Below, piece after piece: positions 27,578-41,727 of a DNA stretch of 64,000 nt. The notes below the pieces were generated by a model. It searched no databases, was not told the origin of the DNA, and saw only the letters and a program-made list of their open reading frames with translations. The stretch's first letter is position 1. Each line of letters starts with the position of its first letter. The position numbers were made by a program, and so were the translations under genes. This DNA comes from Octopus vulgaris. Lineage: Eukaryota. The DNA lies in contig OX597815.1 of assembly GCA_951406725.2 (NCBI GenBank), positions 109,120,001 through 109,184,000 of the forward strand. Direction: 5' to 3'.

Positions 27578-28560
27578 TCAGACACGAAGGATGAGTTCTT
27601 TATTTATGCGAGTTGGAAGTTCAAAGGAGTAGTTGTTTAGCCAGAATGTGATCACTTCTATTCCTAGGGTGTAAGGGATGTTTGAATAAAGGTTAATTAC
27701 GTAGAAGGATACTAGTAGGGTTTTCTCATTGACTGTTTTTGGGAGGTGGTTAAGCATGTCTATATCGTCTCTTACGTAGCTTTTGATGTGCTTAAGGAAA
27801 TGTTTCAGAAGTGTGTCTAAGAAGTTGCTGAGGCGGTGAGTTTTGCATGCTGGGCCTGCTATTATCGGCGGTCTATGTTTAAGATCATTCGGTGAAGGAA
27901 TTTTGATGAGTATGTCAGTAGATTTTTTGCATGTTTCACTAATTATTTGGCTTTTGTGGACTCTAGGGATACCATTCAATAAACTTGATTTGCACTTAAA
28001 GTTAGTGATGTAATCGTACTCCTTGTCTGTGAGTCCTCGGTATGTGTTGATTAACGTCCTGAGGTTATTCATTATTTTTGGTTGATTATAATGTTGGGCC
28101 CTTTTATAATATGTTTCATCTCCTAATAGGGATAGTACTAAATTTGTATAATCATTTGTGTTCATTAAAATTACCGCGTTGCCCTTATCTGCCTCCTTAA
28201 TTGTTATTGTTTTAATCCTCTCCTAATTTGATGAGGTCGTTCCATTCTCTTTTGTTAAAGTTTGGTCTGTATTTTTGCTTATTGGTGAGTTGAAAAGGGA
28301 AATTAGTTATGTAGTCATAACTTATTATTTCCCTTGGTAGGGGTGTAGTCGCTGTTGTTTCTAGCTATTAATTCGCCATCTATTTGTTTGCCATGAAATT
28401 CCTCGGCAAGTCTTAATTTCCTACAAAATTCCGAAATATCGTCTTTCATTTCATAGTAATTTGAACGTTGTGGGGTTGGGGTAAATTTAAGTCCTTTGGA
28501 AAGTATGCTTATTTCGTATGGTGTAAGCTTTTTATTTGAGAGATTGATTATTTTAATTAC
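27578..28560 (-). mobile_element. Penelope-like RT fragment
   Basis: LSKGLKFTPTP, ADKGNAV, GIPRVHK, PIIAGPAC, SYVRD, LVSFYVINLYSNIP. Confidence 0.85.
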
Positions 28561-28599
28561 CTGGGTTGATTCAAGGTCCGCTATTAATTTTACCCTGTT

Positions 28600-31140
28600 G
28601 GGTGACCTTATCTGGGAGCAGTAATCCAGGCAGCTGAAGAAAATGACCTCTGGAGAACCATCATGACTTCCTTCTCTCTGGTTCTAAAAATTTTAGGATC
28701 CAGCCATCCAGTCGTCTGCACTTTTTCGCCATCCTAATAATGTACACTTGGAAAGATGTATCATCACTCATGTTGATACCGAGGTCTCTCACTGATTTAG
28801 GCTCTGGGATTGTAATCCTCTGTGAATCAGTGTACCCTGTAAGCTTTATATTCAGTTTTGGACGCTGGTAACACAGAGCTTGGAATTTTTCAGTATTAAA
28901 AGCGTATTATTATCCTCAGCCCATCTGTAAATTGAATCCAACTCCTGCTGCAGAAGTGCAACATCGCTGGGGTTCTGCATTTTCGTTTGCGTAGCTAGCA
29001 AGGGTGGCTATCCAGGTAGCTGGGGGCATATCTGAGAAGGCCACTATGAAAAGCAGTGGTTCCAAGATAGTGCTCTGTGGAACACCGCTCACGATTTGTG
29101 TTTTCATTGAGGTGACTCCATTTGCTGCTGCTGCCTGACTTCTACCCTTCAGAAAGTCATGTAACCATTCTCCAAGTTTTCCAGCTATCCAAGATCATGT
29201 AGTCTGTGGCATATCATACAATGATCCATTTTATCAAAAGCTTTTGCACAGTCAGGGTATTTTACGTACACATTTGTGTTTTTGAGTAACTGCTCCAAAG
29301 CACCCAGTCATAGTGCTGTAAGCGCTGAGTCAGACAGTTCCTACCTGGGCTAAAGCCAGGTTGTTTTCTCCAAGGAATACAATTAGTTTCCCTCTGACTA
29401 TCCGTTTAATGGTTTTGCTGATGTGTGAAGTTAGAGAGATAGGCCTTTAAGTTTTGACATGTGCTCTACTTCCTCCTTTATGGATCGAGCATATTATTTC
29501 CTGCTTGGCAGCCTGCCATTTGCAAGAAAGCTCTGAAAGAAAATCTGTAGTGGCTTCGCCAGGGAACGCTTACACGATTTGAGGAGGCTTGCAGGGAAAC
29601 CATCAGGACCAGTAGTTAAGTTTGCGTCCACCTCGTCTATGGCTAGTAGCATATATTCTTTAGTAATGTCGATGTAAACCATCGTAACTGCCTCGCTGGT
29701 TATAGATGATGCAGCAAAGAAATCTACAGGTTCATTCACTTGTCTGTGTTCCAACGGGGTGGTAAAGACACTTTTTAACTGGTCGTTCAGTATCTCATTG
29801 ATCCTGGTTGGACTATCTGTGAAGAAGCCATCCTTTTGGAAGAGGGGTCCTACTTGGCAATATACTGAGGTTGTTTCTTTGATATAATGATAGAAGGCCT
29901 TTGGGTTTGACTTAATGTTTTTTATAACCCGGGCTTCTTTGTCCGCTCTCTCCCTCACATAGCATTGTTGCAGGCTTTTTTCAATCTCCATCAGTGTTGG
30001 TTTTAGGCGGGACCTTTCACTTTGGAATGTTGGTTGAAGCGACTTGCAACCTTCGTCCGTCGTCTCATGAGGATCTTCTACTCCCTTGGAATCTTGTTCC
30101 TATTTGTGTTGGCCTTGTGCTCTGAAACATATATTTCTGGCATGTGGTTTGCATAACAGGCATGAAATATTCTAGTTTCACGCCAATGTCTGGTGTGGAG
30201 AGACATTTCGGCCAATCTTGTCTGAGGGTCTCTTTTTGGATCGATTTCCAGTATGCTTCGTGGAAGTCCAGATTGGAGATATTTTGGGTGCTTCCTTTAG
30301 GCTGTATATCTCTGGCTACTTTTGACCCATATATAGACAGCTATATTATATTGTGATCCGAAACTAATGTCGGCGTCACTTTCACATCATGAACGATATC
30401 CATATTGTTTGCGAAGCAGAGATCAAAAATGTTATTCGCCATAGTTGGTCTGAGCATAATTTGCTCCATGAATAGAGCATTGGTGAGGTTGAGCAGAAAC
30501 TCCACCTGTGCTTGTTTGCAATGAGCCATTCCTAAGAGCATGAGGCCTTCCTGTGGGAAATTTGAAATCACTCATAAAACACACGCTCACGTGGTATTCC
30601 AGTTTCATGAGGTTTTCTTTAATTCTTGTGAGGCAATCTTCAGACTTGTCTATGTGGTTTGGAGCATCTGATGGGTGATATGTATTGTATATGACTATAT
30701 TGTGTTGTCTTATGTATACAATTAGAGTGTATACATACTCAAATTTCAAGTAAAATTTGAGTATGACAGTAAGATCTGTAATGTGAGGTCTTCACGGATG
30801 TATACAGCAACTCCACCATAGCTCCCATCGCTTCTGCTTATTAGCAGTATGGTACATTTTGGCACGTGCCCTTCTGCAACCTCTCTATCAGGACTCAGAT
30901 GAGTTTCCACGAGTGCTATGCATAGGGTTTAATTGCATGCAGCAAGGTCTCTCAGAAAAACATTGTTGTGTGATGCAACAGGCCCCAATATTTAGTAAAA
31001 ATATTGGCGTGACGACTGTGCAGGCTTTAGGAGAGGCCATCCCGTGTCTGTTGATTGTGGTGGTCTTGCGTAGTGGTGGGCAAGTTTCCTTGTTTGCTCT
31101 TGATGTAGCTCAGTCAGCTGCTACACAATCTTTTGCGCCA
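28600..31140 (-). mobile_element. Decayed CR1/L2-group LINE ORF2 (APE + RT)
   Basis: VSDHNII, NIKSNPKAFY, GPDGFP, SGVPQSTILEPLLF fragments; many stops. Confidence 0.85.
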
Positions 31141-31164
31141 TGCACAAAAATGACTCTTCCTAAA

Positions 31165-33030
31165 ATTTTAGTTCATGACACGGCCCTGGTAAAGCTAAGT
31201 AATCTATTTCTATTTAAGATTTTAAATTTTTTTAATATTTTAATAAGTCTTATTGTATTATTTTGTATACTGTATAAATGCTGATTGTTATTTGATGTTG
31301 AAGATATGTATATAATTATTAGATTATAACTCTACGTTATTTGTAAGATATTACTTAGCAAAAGAGATAAATAGATCGTTAATAATTATACGGTTTTTTT
31401 TAAAGTTAGGTTACTGGTTTATAATTTGATTTTAACCCTTAATTATATTATATTAATATTTAATATATATGTAAGTAGTATTGGATTAATTTATTTATTT
31501 TTCTTTATATGTCTATAAATTTATTGATAGCGTAAATTTTAGATTTTAATCACTATATTTGTTGATAATAATTTAGTTATTATTCTTAAATATTTTATAA
31601 TTATTAGATGTGTACTTAAATCTAAAATATGAATAATGATTATTTAGTTAAATAATTTGGTAATTAAATTTTTGGACTATAACTGAGTTAAGGATATTCG
31701 TGAGTTTATTATGTTTTTTTAAGCCATATTATATATTCATAGATATCTCTAATAGTGACTTTGTTTTATTGTAGCTTAAATATAGCCATTTTTCATTGAT
31801 AAAATATATTCGTAGTTTTTCATTGATAAAATATATTCGTAGTTTTCATTGTTAAAAGGATTTTCCATTTGTTTATTATTAGTTTAGTTAATGACACGAT
31901 TTTTGAAAGCTAAGTAAACCTTTTTGTTAAAGTTATCTTAATAATTTATGTTATATTGTATTATATTGGATACTATATAACTAAGGATTGATAATTTGAT
32001 TGTATAAGTATTTAGTTGTTGAAGATATGTATTTCATTATTAGATTATTACTATACGGTTTTTGTAAGTTACTAATTGGCCAACGAGATATATTGATCGT
32101 TAGATAGTTATACGGTTTTTTAAAGATAGTTTATACGCTTTTTCCTCTTTAATTTTTTAATATATTTCGTAAATAATAATGGAATAATTAATTTATTTAG
32201 TTTTCATTATACGTATATATATTTATTGATAAAGAAAATTTTAGATCTTAATTATTATATTTATTGATAATAATTTAGTTATTATTCTTAAATATTTTAT
32301 AATTATTAGATTTGAACTAAAATTTAGAAATATGAATAGTGATTATTCCTTTTTGTTAAATAATTTGGTAATTAGATATTGACTATAACTGATATTAGGT
32401 TATTCGTGAGTTTATTAAGTTTTGATAGCCATTTTATATCTTAATCGATAAATACATTTTCTATCTATTCTTACCTTAATAATTAATATTTAACATTATA
32501 ATTGGGTTGTATGACATAATCCTAATCGTTAAAGTTTCTAATGTGATAATAGAGTTTTTTATAAGAAAAATTATTATTTTATTTATTTATTAAAAAATAT
32601 TGTTTAAATATATTTGCTTATTTATTTAACTATTATCTTTAACCTGAAGATTGACTATGATTATAATTCGAATTTTTAATTGAATTTAAATTATTGAATT
32701 TAAATTCGAATTGGGTTATGGCCACGAAACGTACGTAGAGGTTTTACTTATTATATTATATTAAACTCTTTAATACCTTTTTGATAGTTATATAAAAAAA
32801 TAAATAAATATAAATATTAAAAATTAAAAGTTTAAAAATTTATGAATTTAAAATTTAAAAATAAAAAATAAATAAATAAAGATAAAAAATATAAAAATTT
32901 ATAAATATAATTAAAAAATTTTGAATTTAAATAATTTACTTTTAAATTTTATATTTTATATATTTTGTATATTATATTAATTATATTTATTTTTATGTTT
33001 TTCACTGTTTGATTTCCCTAATAGTGGTGT
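31165..33030 (+). mobile_element. Extremely AT-rich relic with a diverged ~715-bp tandem duplication, probably Penelope-derived
   Basis: 31165-31735 aligns with 31882-32440; relic motifs LFDVEDMY and LLSFDSH; hammerhead motif downstream. Confidence 0.55.
32641..32743 (+). ncRNA. Degenerate type I hammerhead ribozyme with long stem II
   Basis: CTGAAGA (32644-32650), ~24-bp stem II, GAAAC-GTAC-GTA (32726-32737), then GAGGTT; stem I partly deleted. Confidence 0.65.
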
Positions 33031-36000
33031 TATTTCATTTCATTTCATTTCATTTGGGTTTGAGTCCATGCTCAGGCCAAGTCGAAGACTCCACCCTCAG
33101 AGTCTGGTGTGGTTGCCAGGTTGTATTCTCTGCTTAATTTTGACATGTGTAGGAGCGAGTTTGAGTCAGTTTGTGCTCGTTGTGTATATCCTGGGAGATG
33201 GGGTTCATCTCTAATGGTGCTTAAGTATCTATCCAGTTGCAATTTGAATGATTCCACACTGCATCCTGATAGATTTCTGACATGTACCGGAATGGAGTTG
33301 AACAGTTGTGCTCCTCGAACCAACAGACTTGATTCTCGCAGGGTTTTGGCTGCCTGGCCAGCCTTTTTGTTGATTGGTGGCAGCTGGCAGCGTCTTCCGT
33401 GGCGCAGTGAGTGGTAGGTTTTGATACCAAAGTTTGGCACCTTCTGCTCTATCATTTTCCAAATGTATATAATTCGGTATCGCTCAAATCTTCTTTCTAT
33501 TGAGTACATCCTCAAGGTTTTGAGTCTTTGCCAATAGTCCAGGTCCCTCGTTTCTGAGAAGTATGAGGTAAAATTTCTTTGGAGCGATTCTATCTTAGAT
33601 AGTTGGCCCTTTGTTGTTGGTGACCACAACTGAGAACAGTAGTCAATCCTCGGAAGTATCATACTGTTCCAGAGGGTTTTCATTGTTGAGGTATCTCTTG
33701 ATTTGAAGGTGCGCAAGATCCACCCGCTGTACTTTCTTGCAGTAAGACAGACTGAGTCAAGGTGTTCTCTGAATTTTAGGTTGGTTCCCATGTGGATGCC
33801 TAAATCTTTCACATACTGTTTTTACATTATTTGTTGTCCTGATGGGTTTCTGTAGTTTGTTGTATTTTTCAGATCTTGATCTGTTCCGTAGCGAATTAGT
33901 TCAAACTTCTTATCATTGAACAACATGTTGTTTGTTTCCTGCTATTTATATATGGTGGTCAGGTCCTTTTGTAAGGCCTCTGTATCCACCTCGTCTTTGA
34001 TTTGTCTCATGACCCTGGTGTCATCAGCAAAGGATGAGACGTTGCTGGTTGTATCTTCATCTATGTCAGAGATGAGGATGAGAAACAGGATTGGGCCGAG
34101 TACTGTACCCTGAGGAACACTGCTGGTCACAGGTGATGGTGTTGAATGGGTTCCATTCACAGTGACTGTTTGAGTTCTATTTGTAAGGAACTCATGTATC
34201 CATGTACCAACTTTTCCTCCTACTCCTAGCTTTCGAAGTTTGTGACCCAGGATGCCATGATCTACCTTGTCAAATGCCTTGGCAAAGTCGAGGTAGATAA
34301 CATCTGTGTTGTATCCATTCTCTAGATTTTCTAGGATTTGGTCATGGTGTGCCAGTAGTTGGGAAAGGCATGATCTACCTAACCTGAATCCATGCTGGTT
34401 GCAATTCATCAGATTGTTGGATTCCAGGAACTCAACCAGTTTTCCACGAACTATTCTTTCGAAGACCTTGATAATGTGTGATGTCAGTGAGATTGGTCGG
34501 TAGTTCTTTGGTTTTGATTTGCTGTCCCCTTTATGTATTGGAGTTATGTGTGCTTCTTTATATGTATTTGGTATTTTGCCATTCTCCATAGATTCCCTCC
34601 ATATCATGTAAAGGGGTTTCGACAATTGTGCCTTGCAGTTTTTAAGTATCATGGCATTGAAACCGTCAGGCCCCGCAGCCGAGTGCATGGAGAGCTTGTC
34701 TATGGCTCTTGCTATGTCTTCTGGATTGAAATCAATGTCGGATAGGGTAGGTTTAGTATGGTCGATATCCTTGAAGAATTTTCCTGGGTCATGGATCTTC
34801 ATGGTTTTAGATGGCTCACTGAAGACACTTTCATACTGTTGACCCAACATTTCTGCCATTTCAATAGGGTTATTCACTACATCCCCATTTTGTCTCTGGA
34901 GAGGTCCTATTGTTGACTTGGTGTTCGAGTATTTCTTTGCAAAACTGTAGAAACATTTTGGATTTTTCTTGATGTTTTCTATGGCTCTCTTTTCTGCATT
35001 GTTACGTTCTTCATCATAGTGTTGTTTTAGATTGTCTTCTAATCTGTATATTTGGTCAAGGACTTTCTGTAATTCATGTTTTGATGTCAGCTTAGATGTT
35101 TTGTTTCTTAGTCTTGACCTTTTGCGCATCAGGATCTTTCGCTCCCGTGGTACAGGTTTTTTTGTGGACTTGGTTTTCTTTAGAGGAACATTTTTTTCAC
35201 ATATTTCTTCGATCTTGTTTAAGAATTTCTTGTGTTTATCTGGCCCAGTAAGGTAGAGATCCCAGTCAATGATTTGTAACTGGTTGTTAATAGTTTCCCA
35301 ATTTGCCTGGTGATAATCATACCTGCATAGCTTTGGCATGTCCTTTTGTTTAAGAGTTGTGGCATTGGGCTCATTACCAATGTGTAAATGCATTTCAATA
35401 ATATTGTGGTCTGAAAGGATTGTTGGGGTTGAGTGAAGGTCAAATAGCGTGTCCTCGTTGTTGGTGAAAACCAAGTCGATCGTATTATTATTTCTTGTTG
35501 CTTCTGTCATTGTTTGAGGTATAATTTCTCTGTGACTTCCAACAGTTTGGCTGCCTGTATTTGTTCAGCTTTTGTCCCCAGTTTTAGTATGTGTCCATGT
35601 GGCCAGATGATGTTAGGGAAGTTGAAGTCACCAAGGAGGATAATGTCTGGCATTGGACTTGCCATGTTTCCCAGAATTTGTTGGAGCTTCGTCAGTGGCT
35701 CAGTGAAGGATAATGTTGGGCTGTTTGGCGGTCTGTACATTATTGTTACAACTGTATTAAGTTGGATGATTTTTATGCACAGCAGGTTGCAGTAGGCATT
35801 TGATTCATTGACAAGTTCTATGCATGCATAGGTATCATGGATATACATGATAACGCCCCCATGGGATCTGCCTTGTCTATCACATCTGAAGATGTTGAAT
35901 CTATTGATTGTGATTTCGCTGTTGCGGATGTTTTCGTTGAGATGACTTTCAGTAATTCCAATTATTTTGGAGTTGTTTTCTGTTGCTAATTCTTCCAAGA

Positions 36001-36054
36001 AAGGGACTTTACACTGTTTTGTTTTCGGATAAAGACCCTGGATATTTGCTGTTA

Positions 36055-37412
36055 TTATGCTTGTTGTACCGGATACATCTGCCCTATTGTTGGCAAGACT
36101 GTTGTAGTTGCTGGGACTGTGCTGACTGGATATTCGGTCTGCTGGGCTGTCTGTATTTGTTGTATGTGCCCTGTAAGTCCAGGTGTCAGCCTTTGTATCA
36201 ATGTTGCCTGGTTTTGCTGAGTCGTCTGTATGGAGTACAGCTGTTGTTGTAGTTGGTAGATTATGCCTAAAAAACTGCTTTCATTCATTACTGTATCGAA
36301 TTTCTGCGAGTTTGGGTTTGTTACAGCTGATGTATGCAATTGAGTAGCATGATTTTCATTCACTGTTGAGCCATGACCTTGGTTCCGCATTTTTGGGAAA
36401 TGGTTTTCATACCCTGCTGAGCTTGGTCCTGGTGGTGTGGGTTCAGTAGTTTTTATGCGAATTGTACCCTTCCGGTGCATAAATTTGCAATTCTCACCAA
36501 AACATTCTTTTTTTCTCAGCGAATTGCGGCACATCTTTGGGTGAAGGAGTTCACATTCTCGGCCATTTTGGCATCCTTTTTTTCGATCAGTACCGAAGTT
36601 GATATATGGTCTGCATGGTTTGGGGTGACTGTACATGCACCCTGTACCTGAAAGACCATGTTTGCACTTGTTGCGCCTGTAATGGATACATACTGGCCTT
36701 TCTTCATTTGAGCGTTTGCTCTGGATCTGTTTCTTTTTGTGGGAAGTTTGGTCTTTTTCTGCAGGATCTCCTGTTTCTTGTTTTGTAGGTGTTTGCATGT
36801 CATTGTCTTCATTCTTGTCATTTACAAGAGGCACTTGGATGGCCTGTGTGTGGCAGGATTTATTTGCCATGTCAGTTTCGCCAATCAATGTCTATTTAGA
36901 ACGGCCTGTCTGTGGTAGGGTCCTAGGTTCATTCGTTATTGTGGCCCTTGGTGAACAATAACTGCATAGCCAGTGTAGGCCTAGAATATCTGGAATGGTG
37001 TGGTTATTTATCTTTTTAAGTAGCACGCTTCGTGTATTCCTTGTCCACAGATGAAGCATGCCAAAGCTGGTTTTTGGCCAAATGTAATGCAGTACTGTTT
37101 GTCACACATTTTGCAAGTCTCCGGGAGGAAGTTTTCAATCCTTGCTATAATCCAGTTGGTGAGGTTTGGTTTTGTGAGCTCAACTTGGACACCATCATTC
37201 AAGAAAGCTGCTGCTTTCTTTAACATCGTAAACTTACAGTTGGTGAAAATATTTTTGTATATTGCTCCACTTTCCTGTTTGATATCATATTTCGACAAGA
37301 CACTTTTTATATCTTGATTTTGTGTTGATGAGATGATTTTCAATATGATGTCTGTTGCCAGGCAAGTGTTGCTCTCTGAGCTGGCAGTCCGTGGATTTCC
37401 GTTACCCGTCAT
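36055..37412 (-). pseudogene. LINE ORF1: PHD finger plus three CCCH zinc fingers and Gln-rich tail, frameshifted
   Basis: CKMC..CFIC..HEAC..WLCSYC; CIHYRRNKCKHGLSGTGCMYSH; CRPY..GCQNGRECELLH; CRNSLRKKECFGENCKFMH. Confidence 0.8.
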
Positions 37413-37479
37413 CGTTTATGTGGGCGGTGGATTGTGAATAGCTTGAGATTTAGAATTGTTTGACTTGAATGGAGAGGGG

Positions 37480-37845
37480 GAAGGAGAAGTGGTTGATTTT
37501 ATACACTGGCTGAGATAGTAGTAGTAGTAGCAATGGTACTTGAGATGTTAGTGGAGCTATGGTGGTGGGATATGGAGAAAGTAAGGGTGGTTGGGATGGG
37601 TCACTGGCGAGGTAGAATGGAATGTTTGGCTTTGTCCACTAGGAGTAGTAGCAGTAGGAGGGGGAAGGAGCAGTGGTTGATTTTGTACACTGGCTGAGAT
37701 AGTAGTAGTAGTAGCAATGGTACTTGAGTTGTTAGTGGAGCTATGGTGGTGGGATATGGAGAAAGTAAGAGTGGTTGGGATGGGTCACTGGCGAGGTAGA
37801 ATGGAATGTTTGGCTTTGGCCACTAGGAGTAGTAGCAGGAGGAAG
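37480..37845. repeat. 184-bp tandem duplication in the LINE 5' region
   Basis: Equivalent positions 37501 and 37685; a second duplication is 37955-38117 vs 38298-38447. Confidence 0.9.
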
Positions 37846-38869
37846 GAGAGAGAAGATGAAGAAGGGGAAGTAGCAGTAGAAGATGGAAACAATGATGATG
37901 ACGATAATGACGGGTCTATTAGTTCTTTTAGCTGCTGATGTGAATGTTGTAGTTGTATCCACTTCAATATATGACCAGTTGCAATATTTAAAGATGTGTT
38001 GTTTTTTTTTGTTACTGTTGCTGTTGTTGTGAACTATTTATTGTTTTTCAGTGTTTTCGATTCGTTGTTGATCACTTAACCAAGTTGTTTGTGCAACAAA
38101 AAATATAGATAATAACATTAAATGGGCTGTGGTGAGTAAAAAATTTCGGGCTAGTTTATCCACGTGGTTACAGGTTTCTCACAGTGAGGTATGAAGCAGG
38201 GTTATTAAAGAGATGGCCAACTCTTTTAGCAATGAAATTGAAGTTTGAGGCATGTATGTTATCGGTTTGAAAGAGAATGAACCATGAGTTAATGAAAGTA
38301 TCCACTTCAATGTACGACCAGTTGCGATATTTAAAGATGTGTTTTTTGTTACTGTTGTTGTGAGCTACCTATTGTTTTTCAGTGTCTTCGATTCGTTGTT
38401 GGTCACTTAACCAAGTTGTTTGTGCAACAAGAAATATAGATAATAACAGTAAATATAGGTAATAAATATAGGTAATGGCAAATAAGGAGAGAAATATTCA
38501 AAATATCAACTTCTGTGGTGTATTGAACAGTAGGAGACAATAGTACTGGTATATGTTATAGTTCTGAGATAATGTAAACTATTGTGTGTTTGTTAATAGG
38601 AATATTGTGTACTTACGAATAATTATTATTATCGTTACAGTATTATATCTTTCATAATACGTGTTCACGATACAAAAACGTAGCTTTCACTGGAATTAAG
38701 GCATTGTCGTTTTTGAGAAAGAAGAATTTTCAGTTGAGTTTTCAGTTGAAAATTGTAAAGTTGGGTTCATATGTATTCTGTTCCAACAGCCACTTACTGG
38801 TCAGAGCGAGCTGAAACACGTCTTTCTGTTCCAACAGCTACTTACTACTCTCCTGCGTGCGTGAGTGAG

Positions 38870-38910
38870 TGCTTGTGCATACACATATGTACACATACAC
38901 ACACATATTC

Positions 38911-38943
<33 letters not shown>

Positions 38944-39164
38944 CACACACATATATATATATACACATACACACACATATATATATATATACACATATAT
39001 ACATATACATATATATATATATACATACATACACCCACACACATATATATATATATATACACACACACACATATATATACATATATACATACATATACAC
39101 ACATACATATGTATGTATATATGTATATATATGTGTGTATGTGTAGGTGTGGGTATATATATGT

Positions 39165-39195
<31 letters not shown>

Positions 39196-39324
39196 GTATA
39201 TGTATATATGTATATATATATATGTGTGTATGTGTATATATATATATATATGTGAATATGTGTGTGTATGTGTGTATAGATATGTGTGTATATATATGTA
39301 TATATATATATATATTTATATGTA

Positions 39325-39375
<51 letters not shown>

Positions 39376-39440
39376 GTGTGTGTATATATGTATATGTAAG
39401 TGTGTGAGTGTGTATGAGTATGTATGTAAGTTTGCACACA

Positions 39441-39497
<57 letters not shown>

Positions 39498-39756
39498 ATA
39501 TATGTATGTGTGTATATGTGTGTATATATGTGTGTATGTATATGTATGTGTGTGTGTGTTTATATGTATGTGTGTGTATGTGTGTATATGTATATGTATG
39601 TGTATGTATGTATGTGTATATGTATATATATGTATATGTGTATATATATGTATATATATATATATATGTGTATGTGTATGTGTGTGTATGTATATGTATG
39701 TATATATGTGTGTATGTGTGTATATGTATATATATATATATATGTGTGTGTGTATA

Positions 39757-39801
<45 letters not shown>

Positions 39802-39974
39802 ATATGTGCGTGTATGTATGTGTATGTATGTATATATGCGTGTGTATGTGTATGTGTATATGTACATATACGTGTACGCTCGTGTGTTTAGGTATATGTA
39901 GGTACGTAGAGTTATGTATGTGTGTATGTATATATACATATGTGTAAGTATGTGTACATATATGTATATATATA

Positions 39975-40045
<71 letters not shown>

Positions 40046-40411
40046 AAGTTTATATGTATGTATCCGTCTGTATAATAGGTAACTGCACGTATATATACTT
40101 AATATTTATTATTTATTATTTATTATTTATTTTTTGAGTATGCATGTATGAATAACTGCACGTATATATATTTTATTACTTATTTTTTGAGTATGCATGT
40201 AAGTATGAACATAAGGAGTGGCGTGTGTGTGTGTGTATGTGTAAGCATAGATATATGTATACTTTTACGCATGTGTGTACTTATGTGTATATATGGATGC
40301 GCGTGTGTGTGTGTGTGTATGGGTACGCATGTATATGTGTATGTGCGTGTATGTGTATATGTGTATGTATGTGTGTGTGTATATATGTATATGTATGTAT
40401 GGATATGTATG

Positions 40412-40462
<51 letters not shown>

Positions 40463-40599
40463 GTATATGTGTATGTGTATGTATTTGTATGTGTATGCAT
40501 GCGCGTATATGTATGTATATGTATACGTGTGGGTGTATGTATGTGTGTATATATGTATGTATGTATGGGTGTATGTATGTATGTATGTATGCGGATATG

Positions 40600-40644
<45 letters not shown>

Positions 40645-41090
40645 ATGTGTATGTATATGTGTGTGTATATATATGTATGTATGTATTTGTATGTAGGTGT
40701 ATATGTATGTGTGTATATATATTTATTGGTGTATATGTATAGACTAGTCTTCTAAGATTGTAGACATGAATCTGTAGGTACGCGTACGTATGTGTATATA
40801 CGTGTATGTATGTAGATGTATGTATGTATGAATATAACGCGTGCGTGCGTGTATGTGTATGAGTGTACGAATGAGTGAGTGTGCGTGCTAACGAGTGTGC
40901 GTGCGTGAGTGAGTGCTTGTGCTCAAGTAGAAAGATAAAAGGGACTAGCTGTTGTAGCCAAGATGCTTGTGACCAGCGGTCAAAGATAACAAAAGTAATA
41001 AATGAAGATAATAAAATTAAAATTAGGGAATGGGTTTGTATTTGTATGTATATATGTGTGTATGTGTAGGTATGAATAGGTACACATATG

Positions 41091-41136
<46 letters not shown>

Positions 41137-41340
41137 TGTGTATAAGTATATATGAGTATATAGGGACTTGTGTGTTGTGTGTGCATGTGTGTATGTGGAT
41201 ATATGTGTGTGTATGTGTGAATGTGTATGTGTGTGTATGTATATATTTTTTTGTGTGTATGTGTATGTGTGGTCGTGTGTGTGTGTATATATACATGTGT
41301 GTGTATATGTATATGCATGTATATGTGTATGTATATATAG

Positions 41341-41374
<34 letters not shown>

Positions 41375-41404
41375 AGATATATGTATGTATATGTATGTGT
41401 GTAA

Positions 41405-41438
<34 letters not shown>

Positions 41439-41505
41439 GTGTGTGTGTATGTATGTGAGTATGTATATGTGTGTGTATATATGTATACATATGTGTATAG
41501 GTATA
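38870..41505. repeat. ~2.6-kb compound (TA)n/(CA)n/(TG)n/(TATG)n microsatellite
   Basis: Direct reading; all ORFs here are low-complexity artefacts. Confidence 0.97.
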
Positions 41506-41727
41506 AGTGAGATTTTCCTTATTTACCTAAAACTCTATTCTTCTATATATTTTTTTATTCCCCTTTTTTTATTCTTTTATTTATTCTTCTATCTAATTTA
41601 CCACTGACTCCTTGACCACTCCCCCAAGTATGATTTTTTTGCGCTATGCCTACCCCCAAAAAGTCCCCCACCACCACCCCTTTAAACCTGCCTAAATGTA
41701 TAAATGCCAATACAATTCTTGTTAACT

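Larger units (their letters stand above)
33033..38860 (-). mobile_element. Near-full-length CR1/L2-group LINE with PHD/CCCH ORF1, APE-RT ORF2, (TGAAA)n tail and duplicated 5' UTR segments
   Basis: APE 35507-35998; RT 33942-35510 (LDFAKAFDKVDH, PQGTVLGP, FADD); C-terminus 33072-33812; (CATTT)n at 33033-33055; 5' boundary uncertain. Confidence 0.9.

Noticed and set aside
31165-33030. Mitochondrial insertion (NUMT)
   Set aside because: No mitochondrial gene, rRNA or tRNA motif recognised, while RT-like words and a hammerhead are present; not formally excluded without BLAST.
38513-38616. Intron in the LINE 5' UTR (minus GTAAGT...CACAG)
   Set aside because: Short motifs expected by chance in AT-rich DNA; element boundary uncertain.
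38771-41510. Long ORFs up to 376 aa rich in Y/I/C/V/H/T
   Set aside because: Translations of stop-free dinucleotide microsatellites; same for the ORFs at 14.4-15.2, 26.1-26.9, 55.2-55.8 and 62.3-62.7 kb.
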